From an uncultured virus (IMG/VR IMGVR_UViG_3300030329_003631) (Duplodnaviria; Heunggongvirae; Uroviricota; Caudoviricetes): a DNA stretch of 64,000 bases. The stretch covers positions 1 through 64,000 of the IMG/VR virus record IMGVR_UViG_3300030329_003631, one strand, 5' to 3'. Positions 1-7,629 of the stretch are shown here, piece after piece. The notes beneath the pieces are model-generated. The model was given only the letters and a program-made list of their open reading frames with translations. It made no database searches and had not been told where the DNA came from. How positions within the stretch are numbered: the first letter of the stretch is position 1; the number at the start of each line of letters is the position of its first letter. The translations under genes were made by a program, and so were the position numbers.

Positions 1-75
1 TTGTGCAACGCAACGCATACCATTATTTCAATGAACTATGTTCAAATATAGGTATTTATAGCCGATTATACGCAT

Positions 76-83
76 TATCTTTG
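76..83 (+). promoter_or_regulatory. Bacteroidota -7 promoter box (TATCTTTG)
   Basis: Matches TAnnTTTG followed by C; no ORF directly downstream. Confidence 0.35.
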
Positions 84-202
84 CTTAATATACCCCTACT
101 TATTAACACTTTTTTGTTGATTGCATATTGTCGCCCAGAGTAAAAAAGTCGTTTTCCCAATACCGAGTGCGAGGGGGTGGGTTGGTGAGGCACATACCCA
201 CG

Positions 203-331
203 CTAAGCAAATTTTGATCACTAAGCCCCTGGGGGCTTATATACTTAGTACTTAGTATATGCTATATACTTAGTACTTAGTACCTGTTACTTAGTACTAA
301 GTACTGGGCTCTTGGTTTTCTTAGTACTTAG
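203..331. repeat. CTTAG/CTAAG iteron-like repeat cluster
   Basis: Exact 20-bp direct repeat TATATACTTAGTACTTAGTA at 238-257 and 263-282; perfect 16-bp palindrome TACTTAGTACTAAGTA at 288-303; CTTAGTACTTAG at 320-331; hairpin TAAGCCCC-TG-GGGGCTTA at 222-239; non-coding region. Confidence 0.85.
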
Positions 332-385
332 GACTATCCTCATTTTTTATCATTTATATAAGTTTTTAGGTTAATGTAAGATCTT

Positions 386-421
386 AGAAAAGAAAAACTC
401 CCCGCTTAAGATACGGGGAGT
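386..421 (-). terminator. Intrinsic terminator, minus strand
   Basis: Stem ACTCCCCG/CGGGGAGT (397-421) with an A-rich run on its left, giving a U-tail on the minus strand. Confidence 0.65.
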
Positions 422-469
422 CAGCTAGTTTGATACTAGCTAGGGAGAGATAAAGGTAGGAAACAGCTG

Positions 470-477
470 CAAAAGTA
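470..477 (-). promoter_or_regulatory. Bacteroidota -7 promoter box (TACTTTTG), minus strand
   Basis: CAAAAGTA on + reads TACTTTTG(C) on -; divergent from the 520-527 box. Confidence 0.45.
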
Positions 478-519
478 ATGTTTTTTTATGAAAAACCTAC
501 ATTTTATTTAAATTATTTG

Positions 520-527
520 TATTTTTG
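520..527 (+). promoter_or_regulatory. Bacteroidota -7 promoter box (TATTTTTG)
   Basis: TAnnTTTG(C) 18 nt upstream of the ORF at 546. Confidence 0.55.
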
Positions 528-545
528 CCTAAAAATATATGAAAT

Positions 546-764
546 ATGGGGTGTAATTGTAATGAAAAACAAAAGAATATGGAAAAACCTAAAGATAAAA
601 CTCTTTTAGCCCCTAAGGTTATAGCAGAATCAAGGTTAACTATATGTAAACTGAATAGATGTGGAAAATATAGAAAATCTTTAGCTATGTGTAAGGAATG
701 TGGGTGCTTTTTAAAATTGAAGACTTATATCACTTCACAAAAATGTCCCTTAGGACATTGGTAG
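546..764 (+). CDS. Small Cys-rich, probably Zn-binding phage protein (DUF6171-like)
   Basis: R-x3-C-x4-C ... CKECGC-x5-K ... CPLGHW pattern. Confidence 0.65.
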   Translation: MGCNCNEKQKNMEKPKDKTLLAPKVIAESRLTICKLNRCGKYRKSLAMCKECGCFLKLKTYITSQKCPLGHW

Positions 765-779
765 TTTAATTATTTTTAC

Positions 780-787
780 TATATTTG
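780..787 (+). promoter_or_regulatory. Bacteroidota -7 promoter box (TATATTTG)
   Basis: TAnnTTTG(C) in the intergenic space upstream of the YAHN gene cluster. Confidence 0.65.
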
Positions 788-812
788 CAACAAGCTGATA
801 AATATAATTATA

Positions 813-1286
813 ATGTATAGAGCACATAAAGAGAAATTTACTTGGAATAAAAGAACAACAAAGAGATCTTTGTATGCTCATAACCCACAAACTGATGTGA
901 TATTACCTAATGACCCTCCTGGACCTGGAAAAGGAAAAACTGGACATGACATAGTAACTAAATATGGTCTTCAACCAGAAGGTGATAAGGGAGGGGCTAA
1001 GGGCGCATCTTTTATAATGAAAGCTTTAAAGTATTCAAGAATGATACCTGGTTTTTTAAAGAAAGGGTTAAGCCTACCATCAATGATGCTTGGATCACAT
1101 AAAGCATATGGGGCTACAATATATGATGAAGAAGGGTTCAGTAAGATTACAGGATTAAACTATGCTGGACAGAGTCGTGAAGATATAGCATCACAAAGTA
1201 TGAGTCAAGAAGAGGCGGCAAAAATAACAGAAGGTTTAACATCACATATGTATCAGTCAAAATTAGCAGAAATACAAAATAGATAA
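813..1286 (+). CDS. YAHN-leader family protein 1 (157 aa)
   Basis: KEKFTW...SLYAHNP leader; tightly packed with its neighbours. Confidence 0.75.
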   Translation: MYRAHKEKFTWNKRTTKRSLYAHNPQTDVILPNDPPGPGKGKTGHDIVTKYGLQPEGDKGGAKGASFIMKALKYSRMIPGFLKKGLSLPSMMLGSHKAYGATIYDEEGFSKITGLNYAGQSREDIASQSMSQEEAAKITEGLTSHMYQSKLAEIQNR

Positions 1287-1287
1287 T

Positions 1288-1473
1288 ATGAAAAAAATAT
1301 ATAGAAGAAAAACATATGCTCATAATCCAGAAACATATAAACTAACTGGGTTTGAAGCGCCAAAGAAGAGTTCTAAAAAATTTAGTGGCTTTTCAGGAGA
1401 AACAAGTGTTCCTTTAGGATCTCAGTCAAAAGTAGATCCTTCTGTAGATCCTTCTAAATTTTTAAATAAATAA
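1288..1473 (+). CDS. YAHN-leader family protein 2 (61 aa)
   Basis: MKKIYRRKTYAHNP; C-terminal VDPS repeat. Confidence 0.7.
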   Translation: MKKIYRRKTYAHNPETYKLTGFEAPKKSSKKFSGFSGETSVPLGSQSKVDPSVDPSKFLNK

Positions 1474-1479
1474 ATAAAA

Positions 1480-1677
1480 ATGGAAAAATTTAACTGGAGT
1501 AAATCATCAAAAGAATCGCCTAATACGTCTAAGACAGGTAGAATTACTTACGCTCACAATCCAGCTGTAGCGGCTGCTATATTGCCATGGCTAGGTAAAG
1601 TGGCAGGAAAAGCATTAATTGGTGCAGGGATAAGTAAAGCAATGTCAGCTATATCGGGTGATGAGAAGTCAAAATAA
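1480..1677 (+). CDS. YAHN-leader family protein 3 (65 aa), amphipathic Gly/Ala core
   Basis: MEKFNW...ITYAHNP followed by AVAAAILPWLGKVAGKALIGAGISKAMS. Confidence 0.75.
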   Translation: MEKFNWSKSSKESPNTSKTGRITYAHNPAVAAAILPWLGKVAGKALIGAGISKAMSAISGDEKSK

Positions 1678-1935
1678 ATGAAAGAAAAATTTACATGGGG
1701 TAAAAAATTAGCTAAATCAAGAATGGTTTATGCGCATAATCCTGCTACAACAGCAGCAGCATCAACTGGACAATTTACAGCAGCTATGAAAGCAGCTATG
1801 TTTAACCCTTGGGTAATAGGAGGTAGTGTATTGTTACATTCAAAAATGAGAGGATGGAAAAACGAAATGCAAGACGATATAGGAACAGTTACATATAGAT
1901 CTCAAAGTGGTTTACCAGGAACAAGTAGAGGATAA
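1678..1935 (+). CDS. YAHN-leader family protein 4 (85 aa)
   Basis: MKEKFTWGKK...MVYAHNP followed by an Ala-rich/hydrophobic segment. Confidence 0.75.
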   Translation: MKEKFTWGKKLAKSRMVYAHNPATTAAASTGQFTAAMKAAMFNPWVIGGSVLLHSKMRGWKNEMQDDIGTVTYRSQSGLPGTSRG

Positions 1936-1985
1936 AAAATAAAGTATAAAGAAAAATAAATTATAAATAATAAAAATAAAAAATT

Positions 1986-2321
1986 ATGCCCTTAACAAAA
2001 TCATATAAAATGCCAAGCGTCAGAGGTGTATCTCCTATGAGTAGAGGAGACGAATTCGTTTGGTTAAATAATGGAGCAGGACCTATAATCAAAGGTTCCG
2101 AACCGTCATTAACTCCTAATTTTCATGATGGAGATAATCCCCCAAGTAATAGTCACCAGAATATAGCAAGCTCTAATAGAGTAAGCGGAGGACAAGATCC
2201 TAGCCAATCATTTAGAAAAGGAAAAGGAGTGTATGCTCATAATAGTCTTTTAACTCTTGGACTTGCTGGTGCTGCATTAGGAGCAGGACTGGGTGCTGGT
2301 AAAAGATTAACAGGAGGTTAG
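1986..2321 (+). CDS. YAHN family protein 5 (111 aa), motif near the C-terminus
   Basis: FRKGKGVYAHNS followed by the glycine-zipper-like LLTLGLAGAALGAGLGAG. Confidence 0.7.
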   Translation: MPLTKSYKMPSVRGVSPMSRGDEFVWLNNGAGPIIKGSEPSLTPNFHDGDNPPSNSHQNIASSNRVSGGQDPSQSFRKGKGVYAHNSLLTLGLAGAALGAGLGAGKRLTGG

Positions 2322-2322
2322 G

Positions 2323-3315
2323 ATGGCTTATAGATACAGACCATATACATCTGGGTATATCAGCGGAGGAGGCTTCGGTGGTAGAAGAGGAGGTATCGGA
2401 AGATATCGAAGAAGTGGACTATCTAGAACTCTTTCTACTGTTGGAGGTATAGCTGCAGCAGGATTAACAGCTTATGCGCTTTTTAAAGGAGCTAAAGCTA
2501 TATCTAAATGGATAAAAACTAAAAAAGCAGATAGATCTAGAGCTGAGGATTATTTATCTAAATTCCCTGGAATAGAGAATAATAGATTAAATAGAAAAAT
2601 AGCAATAGCTAGATTAGATAATGATCAGGAAGCTAATTTAGAATTAAGCGCTAAAGCAGCAAGTAGAAGTCAAAGAAATAAAGAGCGTAAAGCAAAATGG
2701 GACGCTTTTAAAGATGATTTTAAAAACCTTGCTCAAGAAATAGTAAATACACCAGGCAATATACTTAATATACCAGCAGATCTAAGAAAGAAAAAAGCGG
2801 CAAAAGAAGAGGCTAATTATCAAAAATGGATGGATGAAAAAAATGAGCAAGCTAGGATAAATGCTGAATTAGAGAGCGGAGATATAATAGAAGAACCAGA
2901 AGTTGATGATCCAGAACCAGAAGTTGATGCTTGGAGAAAGAAAAAAGGAATTGGACCAGAAGGAGCTTTTTCAAGTACGAAAGAATGGGTTGACGCTTGG
3001 AATGTGGCAAAAGAAGCAAAATGGCAGAAAAAACAATCTGAATTAGAACAGCATTCTGATCCTTCAATTAGATTGAAAAAAATAACTGGAGATCCTTCTA
3101 TGAATATAAGTTTAGATAAATCACAGATTAAGTTAAATAAGAAAATTCAAAGCAGACAAAACTTAAAAGATGTAGAAAAATTTAATTTAGGTATATCGAC
3201 TAAGTTAAGTAGGGGCGAGATAACTAAAACTCAAGCTGATAGTCTATACAAGCCTTACCCATCTTCAGGTATTGATTGGGGCGTAAGTACTGAAGAATTT
3301 TTGAATCCAAAATAA
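2323..3315 (+). CDS. Hypothetical protein with RGG-rich N-terminus, hydrophobic helix and charged coiled coil
   Basis: 330-aa ORF; GGFGGRRGGIGRYRR, then TVGGIAAAGLTAYALF. Confidence 0.7.
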   Translation: MAYRYRPYTSGYISGGGFGGRRGGIGRYRRSGLSRTLSTVGGIAAAGLTAYALFKGAKAISKWIKTKKADRSRAEDYLSKFPGIENNRLNRKIAIARLDNDQEANLELSAKAASRSQRNKERKAKWDAFKDDFKNLAQEIVNTPGNILNIPADLRKKKAAKEEANYQKWMDEKNEQARINAELESGDIIEEPEVDDPEPEVDAWRKKKGIGPEGAFSSTKEWVDAWNVAKEAKWQKKQSELEQHSDPSIRLKKITGDPSMNISLDKSQIKLNKKIQSRQNLKDVEKFNLGISTKLSRGEITKTQADSLYKPYPSSGIDWGVSTEEFLNPK

Positions 3316-3316
3316 A

Positions 3317-3580
3317 ATGGCTAAGAGAGATTATAAAGCGGAGTATAGAGATCATCAATCTTCTCCAGCTCAAATAAAAGCTAGATCTAACAGAAACAAA
3401 GCTGCAAGAAAAAAGAAATGCGGACCTGGATATGAGGTACATCATAAAGATGGTAACCCTAATAATAATGCTTGGTCTAATTTAACTTGTTCTAAAAAAA
3501 GCAAGAATAGAGGAAGGAAAGAGGCTTCTAGAAGAAAAGGGTCTAAAAGAAAAGCCTACTCTTCTTGGTCTAAAATGTAA
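3317..3580 (+). CDS. HNH endonuclease-family protein
   Basis: RDYKAEY...EVHHKDGNPNNNAWSNL...NRGR; abuts terL. Confidence 0.8.
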   Translation: MAKRDYKAEYRDHQSSPAQIKARSNRNKAARKKKCGPGYEVHHKDGNPNNNAWSNLTCSKKSKNRGRKEASRRKGSKRKAYSSWSKM

Positions 3581-5818
3581 ATGGCTGTATATAAAAATCA
3601 AATATTAGATAAAAGACTGGAGTTCTTATATAAGCTCCATTCTGATGGTATAGAGCTAGATAAAGATTATCTAGTATTATTAAAAAAACACGATTATATA
3701 AAAGACGATTCTATTCCTGTTCATTCCAAGCAGGATTTTTCAGTTAATAAGTATGAGAGAAATTATGAGGTAAAAATAGATGTAGAGCAAGAAGCAGATA
3801 AGTATGTAGAAGTTGTTGACGAAAAAGAAGATGTTGTATATTATGGAAAGGAAGAAATAAAGGTATCTGATTGGAAACCCTCCACTAAAAAACTATTAGA
3901 TCCTCCAGCTGATTTTGTAAAATGGATTGACTCTATAAATGTTTCTTTTGCTCAAAAAGTAAACTACACTCCTTATAATAAATATGTACAGCAAGCAGAG
4001 AATTGGTTAGCTCAGAATGAGAGTTTATCAGACTATAAGACTTATGATGAACAATTAGAGTTTGCAAGAAGAGAAAAGAAAAGATGTACAGATAACTCTT
4101 TATATTTCTTAAATAAGTATTTAATGCTTAAAGAAGGAGATACAGAATCTGGATATAAAAATTATAAAGCTTGGGAATGTCAAACTATAGTTTGTTTTGT
4201 ATTTGATTGCGGATATAATATTATGATTGGGAAACCTAGACAGGTTGGATTCACATCAACCATTGGAGGTTTAGCCGTAAAAAGAACTGTATTCCATAAA
4301 TCTTATTTCACTAAATTTATAACAGAAACATTAAAAAAAGGAGAAGAGATATTTGAAGATAAGATTAAATTCGCATTTTATACATTACCTGACTGGTTAA
4401 GACCTACAGTAAATAACGATAGAGAAAATCTACTTAGACTATTCTATAAACCTGCTAAAGGAGATATAGGAGGTGTTGATTCTAAATTAATGGTTGACAC
4501 TCCTAGAGTTACAGCAATTAATGGGGGTGCTCCTAACTTAGTTATGATTGATGAGATTGGATTAATATCTATTCTTACGGAGATGATGAATGAAGGTAGA
4601 CCAGCTCTTTTCTGGGTTAATCCAGATACAAATGAAATGGAGATGAAACGTCAACTTATATGTTGGGGAACAGGAGGAGAAATGGAAGGAGGAGGTCTTG
4701 CTTTTGAAAGAGAGTTTAAAACTGCTAGCGCTGAATGGAAACAGCGTAATTTTAAATATGGTATTATTCCTTTATTTTTTGATGCATATGCAAAACCTGG
4801 AGTAACTAAAGATTTTTACGAAACAGAAAAAAAGTATTATTATAAACAACAAGGTATGGATTCTGAAAGATCTAGAATACAATTTCATCAAGCATATCCT
4901 TTAACTATGGATGATATGTTTTTAATATCTTCAGATACCATTATACCTGTAGAAAGAATAAACGAAAGATTAGACGCTATATATGCTATGCCTATAGAGC
5001 AGAAACCTCAACGAGGATATTTTGAACCTATATTTGATGAGTCTAGACCTTTTCACGAAGGAAGCGATGTTGCTTATCATATTAAAGGAGCTAAGTTTAT
5101 ACCTGTAGACGACGTAGATCCTGCAGCCACTGTAACTATATTTGAACATCCAGAAGAAGGTTGGAGGTATAGATACTTTCAGGGAACTGATCCTATATTT
5201 TCAGAGTCAGGACATTCAAAAATGGCTTCTGCTGTATGGGACTCACATCATCAAACTATAAGCGCTCATGTTAATTTTAGAGTGGAAGATTATAGATATT
5301 GCTATTTACAAACCCTATTACTTGGATTATATTATGATAAGAGTTATATATATAATTTATTAGAATATAATGTTGGTAGTGGATATATTGATTATGTAGA
5401 AAATAAAAACTATTTTAAAACATTAGTACCAGGAAGAATGATTGCTCCTCACTTAAGAACACAAGGTGGAAGTAAAATGGGTATAAGTAAAAAGGCTAAT
5501 ACAGCTAAATATATAAATTATAAGTTAAGTGAGTTATTAGAATCTTATGCTGAAAATGTATTTTGTGAAGACTTTTGGATACAATTAAAAACTTATGTAA
5601 GAAAACGTACTAAGTCTGGAATAGAGAGTTTTAAAGTTGAAAATGCTAAATATTATTATGATGATGTTATTGATGCAGTAATATATGCTTATATATGTGC
5701 ACAGTCATATGCACACTTTGAGCCATATAAAATGAATGAAAGTAGAGATAAAAAGGTTAAATATAGATATATTAGAGATAAAAACTATAATTTAAAATTA
5801 AAAAGAATAGTAGAATAG
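3581..5818 (+). CDS. terL: Terminase large subunit
   Basis: Walker A GKPRQVGFTS, Walker B LVMIDEIG, coupling motif GTG, RNase H-like nuclease residues GTDPI, LEYN and YDDVIDA. Confidence 0.92.
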   Translation: MAVYKNQILDKRLEFLYKLHSDGIELDKDYLVLLKKHDYIKDDSIPVHSKQDFSVNKYERNYEVKIDVEQEADKYVEVVDEKEDVVYYGKEEIKVSDWKPSTKKLLDPPADFVKWIDSINVSFAQKVNYTPYNKYVQQAENWLAQNESLSDYKTYDEQLEFARREKKRCTDNSLYFLNKYLMLKEGDTESGYKNYKAWECQTIVCFVFDCGYNIMIGKPRQVGFTSTIGGLAVKRTVFHKSYFTKFITETLKKGEEIFEDKIKFAFYTLPDWLRPTVNNDRENLLRLFYKPAKGDIGGVDSKLMVDTPRVTAINGGAPNLVMIDEIGLISILTEMMNEGRPALFWVNPDTNEMEMKRQLICWGTGGEMEGGGLAFEREFKTASAEWKQRNFKYGIIPLFFDAYAKPGVTKDFYETEKKYYYKQQGMDSERSRIQFHQAYPLTMDDMFLISSDTIIPVERINERLDAIYAMPIEQKPQRGYFEPIFDESRPFHEGSDVAYHIKGAKFIPVDDVDPAATVTIFEHPEEGWRYRYFQGTDPIFSESGHSKMASAVWDSHHQTISAHVNFRVEDYRYCYLQTLLLGLYYDKSYIYNLLEYNVGSGYIDYVENKNYFKTLVPGRMIAPHLRTQGGSKMGISKKANTAKYINYKLSELLESYAENVFCEDFWIQLKTYVRKRTKSGIESFKVENAKYYYDDVIDAVIYAYICAQSYAHFEPYKMNESRDKKVKYRYIRDKNYNLKLKRIVE

Positions 5819-5829
5819 CAAAAAAATTG

Positions 5830-5837
5830 TATATTTG
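5830..5837 (+). promoter_or_regulatory. Bacteroidota -7 promoter box (TATATTTG)
   Basis: TAnnTTTG(C) in the intergenic region before 5891. Confidence 0.65.
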
Positions 5838-5890
5838 CAAATATTGCGCGCAATATATAAAAACAAATAATAAATTAAAATTTACAAAAA

Positions 5891-7024
5891 ATGGCAAAGA
5901 AAAATCCAATTCAAGTCGTTGTTTTTGAATCAATCAGTGCTACTCCTAGTACTGATGTTTCTTATTCTAATGGCTATGTGTCTATTGTTGGTGCGAACAA
6001 GACACTAAAAATTCGTCCAGATTCAATTCTGAACAAACCAACTCTTACAGCTGATGTTGGTTTTACCGCACAACAAAAAACTATTGAGTACACAGGAGCA
6101 CTTGCTGCTGGAGAGTGGACTAAGTTAAAAACAAAAAGGTTAGACGATAACACTGTTAGAACCTATACTTATGTTGCTCCATCTGCTAAAACTGCTACTG
6201 AGGTTGCAACTGCAGTTCAAGCTTTACTTGAAGCTGACAATACTGCTGGAACTGGCTCTCACTTCGCTGATTCTTCAGGTGATGGTGTATCTAGATCTAC
6301 AGCTACTCTTACTTTAGTTGAATCTGCTGATAAATCTGCTTCAGCTGACGGTTTAGGTAAAGGTGGCTTCACTGTTGAAGTTACTGGATACTCTGCTGCT
6401 ACTATTGCTAACACTGCTGTTCACGTAGAACCAAAAGGTACATTAGCAGAAGTTCAAGGATATTATCCTAGTGCTGCTCAAACTAATTACGATCGTTGGG
6501 ACTTTGATTATCGTGATGATGCAGGTACTATACAGCATGCTAGAGTATATGCTTATAACAATGGTACAAGCAACAACTTTGATATCTTATCACCACAAAT
6601 GAGTGATTTAGCATCAGCAGGAATGGGTGGTGGAGCTATGTTAATAGATGCCGCTACAACATTAGATGCTGGCGACTCTGGAGGTGTATATGCAATTAGA
6701 GAATCATCTGCTGCTCATTATACTATTCAACTTCCAACTGTACAAGCTGGTCTTCGTTACACTTTCTGGTGGGATGCAGTTGATGGAACAGGTGACTATG
6801 ATGTAACTATTGCTCAAAGCACTAGTGACACTAACGATATTGTTAATGTTAACATAGTTGCTGCAGGAGCAACAGAAACTAGAATAGCTGCTGATGGTGT
6901 TAAATTTGATTCAAGTGCTGCGCCAGTTAGAGGCGATAAACTTGAATTATGGTCAGACGGTACTTATTGGTACGGTTGGGCACACACAAATGCTGCTGCT
7001 GTATGTGTTGCATATAGTGCATAA
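5891..7024 (+). CDS. Virion structural protein (capsid decoration/auxiliary or head fibre)
   Basis: Ala/Thr/Gly-rich beta protein; C-terminal TIQLP..AGLRYTF..GDKLELWSDGTYWY domain resembles phage fibre modules; strongly biased codons as in the MCP gene. Confidence 0.55.
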   Translation: MAKKNPIQVVVFESISATPSTDVSYSNGYVSIVGANKTLKIRPDSILNKPTLTADVGFTAQQKTIEYTGALAAGEWTKLKTKRLDDNTVRTYTYVAPSAKTATEVATAVQALLEADNTAGTGSHFADSSGDGVSRSTATLTLVESADKSASADGLGKGGFTVEVTGYSAATIANTAVHVEPKGTLAEVQGYYPSAAQTNYDRWDFDYRDDAGTIQHARVYAYNNGTSNNFDILSPQMSDLASAGMGGGAMLIDAATTLDAGDSGGVYAIRESSAAHYTIQLPTVQAGLRYTFWWDAVDGTGDYDVTIAQSTSDTNDIVNVNIVAAGATETRIAADGVKFDSSAAPVRGDKLELWSDGTYWYGWAHTNAAAVCVAYSA

Positions 7025-7043
7025 TAATTTTTTAAGTGAGTAG

Positions 7044-7613
7044 ATGAATGATATAAAGCTGTTTGAACCCACTAACAAAGATTTGAGGATAGAGTACCCT
7101 GAGCTCATGGATATTGATGAGTTCAGGGATCTCACCCCTCGTGAGTTAAACTTCGTATGGTATTTTTCTAATAGGACTAGCCCATATTCGAAGGAAAAAA
7201 ATAATAAAAAGAAAGTAGAATTATCTATAAAAAGAGGATTTGGAGAAAATGCTACACATCAATTAAGACTTGATTATGTAGCTGGTAAGTTTCCAGAAAA
7301 GATCCGAAAAGCTGTAGATAGAATGGAAAGGTTTAACCCTTCTGCTAGAATGAAGGCTAAACAAAGTGTTGAAAAGATTTTTGATAGGTTAAGACAATTA
7401 GTGGACGTTAGTCCAGAGCAATTAAATGAAATGGATTTAGGTGAAAAATCAAATTACACAAATCTTGCTATAAAGATTTCTGAAAATTTACCAAAGATTG
7501 TTGGGCAGTTAGAGCAATCATTTGGAATTCAAATTAAAAAAGAAAGTTTCACTGGAAAGTTTGGAAACAACGGACCTAGTTTAATGGATATCCTTCATAT
7601 GGAGGATGAATAA
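7044..7613 (+). CDS. crAss-like conserved terminase-region protein (possible TerS)
   Basis: ELNFVWYFSNRTSPY...KAVDRMERFNPS...LPKIVGQLEQ recalls the conserved helical protein encoded beside terL in crAss-like phages (from memory, not searched). Confidence 0.45.
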   Translation: MNDIKLFEPTNKDLRIEYPELMDIDEFRDLTPRELNFVWYFSNRTSPYSKEKNNKKKVELSIKRGFGENATHQLRLDYVAGKFPEKIRKAVDRMERFNPSARMKAKQSVEKIFDRLRQLVDVSPEQLNEMDLGEKSNYTNLAIKISENLPKIVGQLEQSFGIQIKKESFTGKFGNNGPSLMDILHMEDE

Positions 7614-7629
7614 ATATAATATATAACGA

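Noticed and set aside
203..331. CRISPR array
   Set aside because: Repeats are 7-20 bp with spacers of 5 bp or so; no unique 30-40 bp spacers and no cas operon (the Cas4-like gene is a stand-alone phage nuclease)
3581..5818. Intein or intron in terL that could supply the partner for the YAHN peptides
   Set aside because: ATPase and nuclease motifs are contiguous; no intein N-terminal block or HN-C/S/T junction recognised
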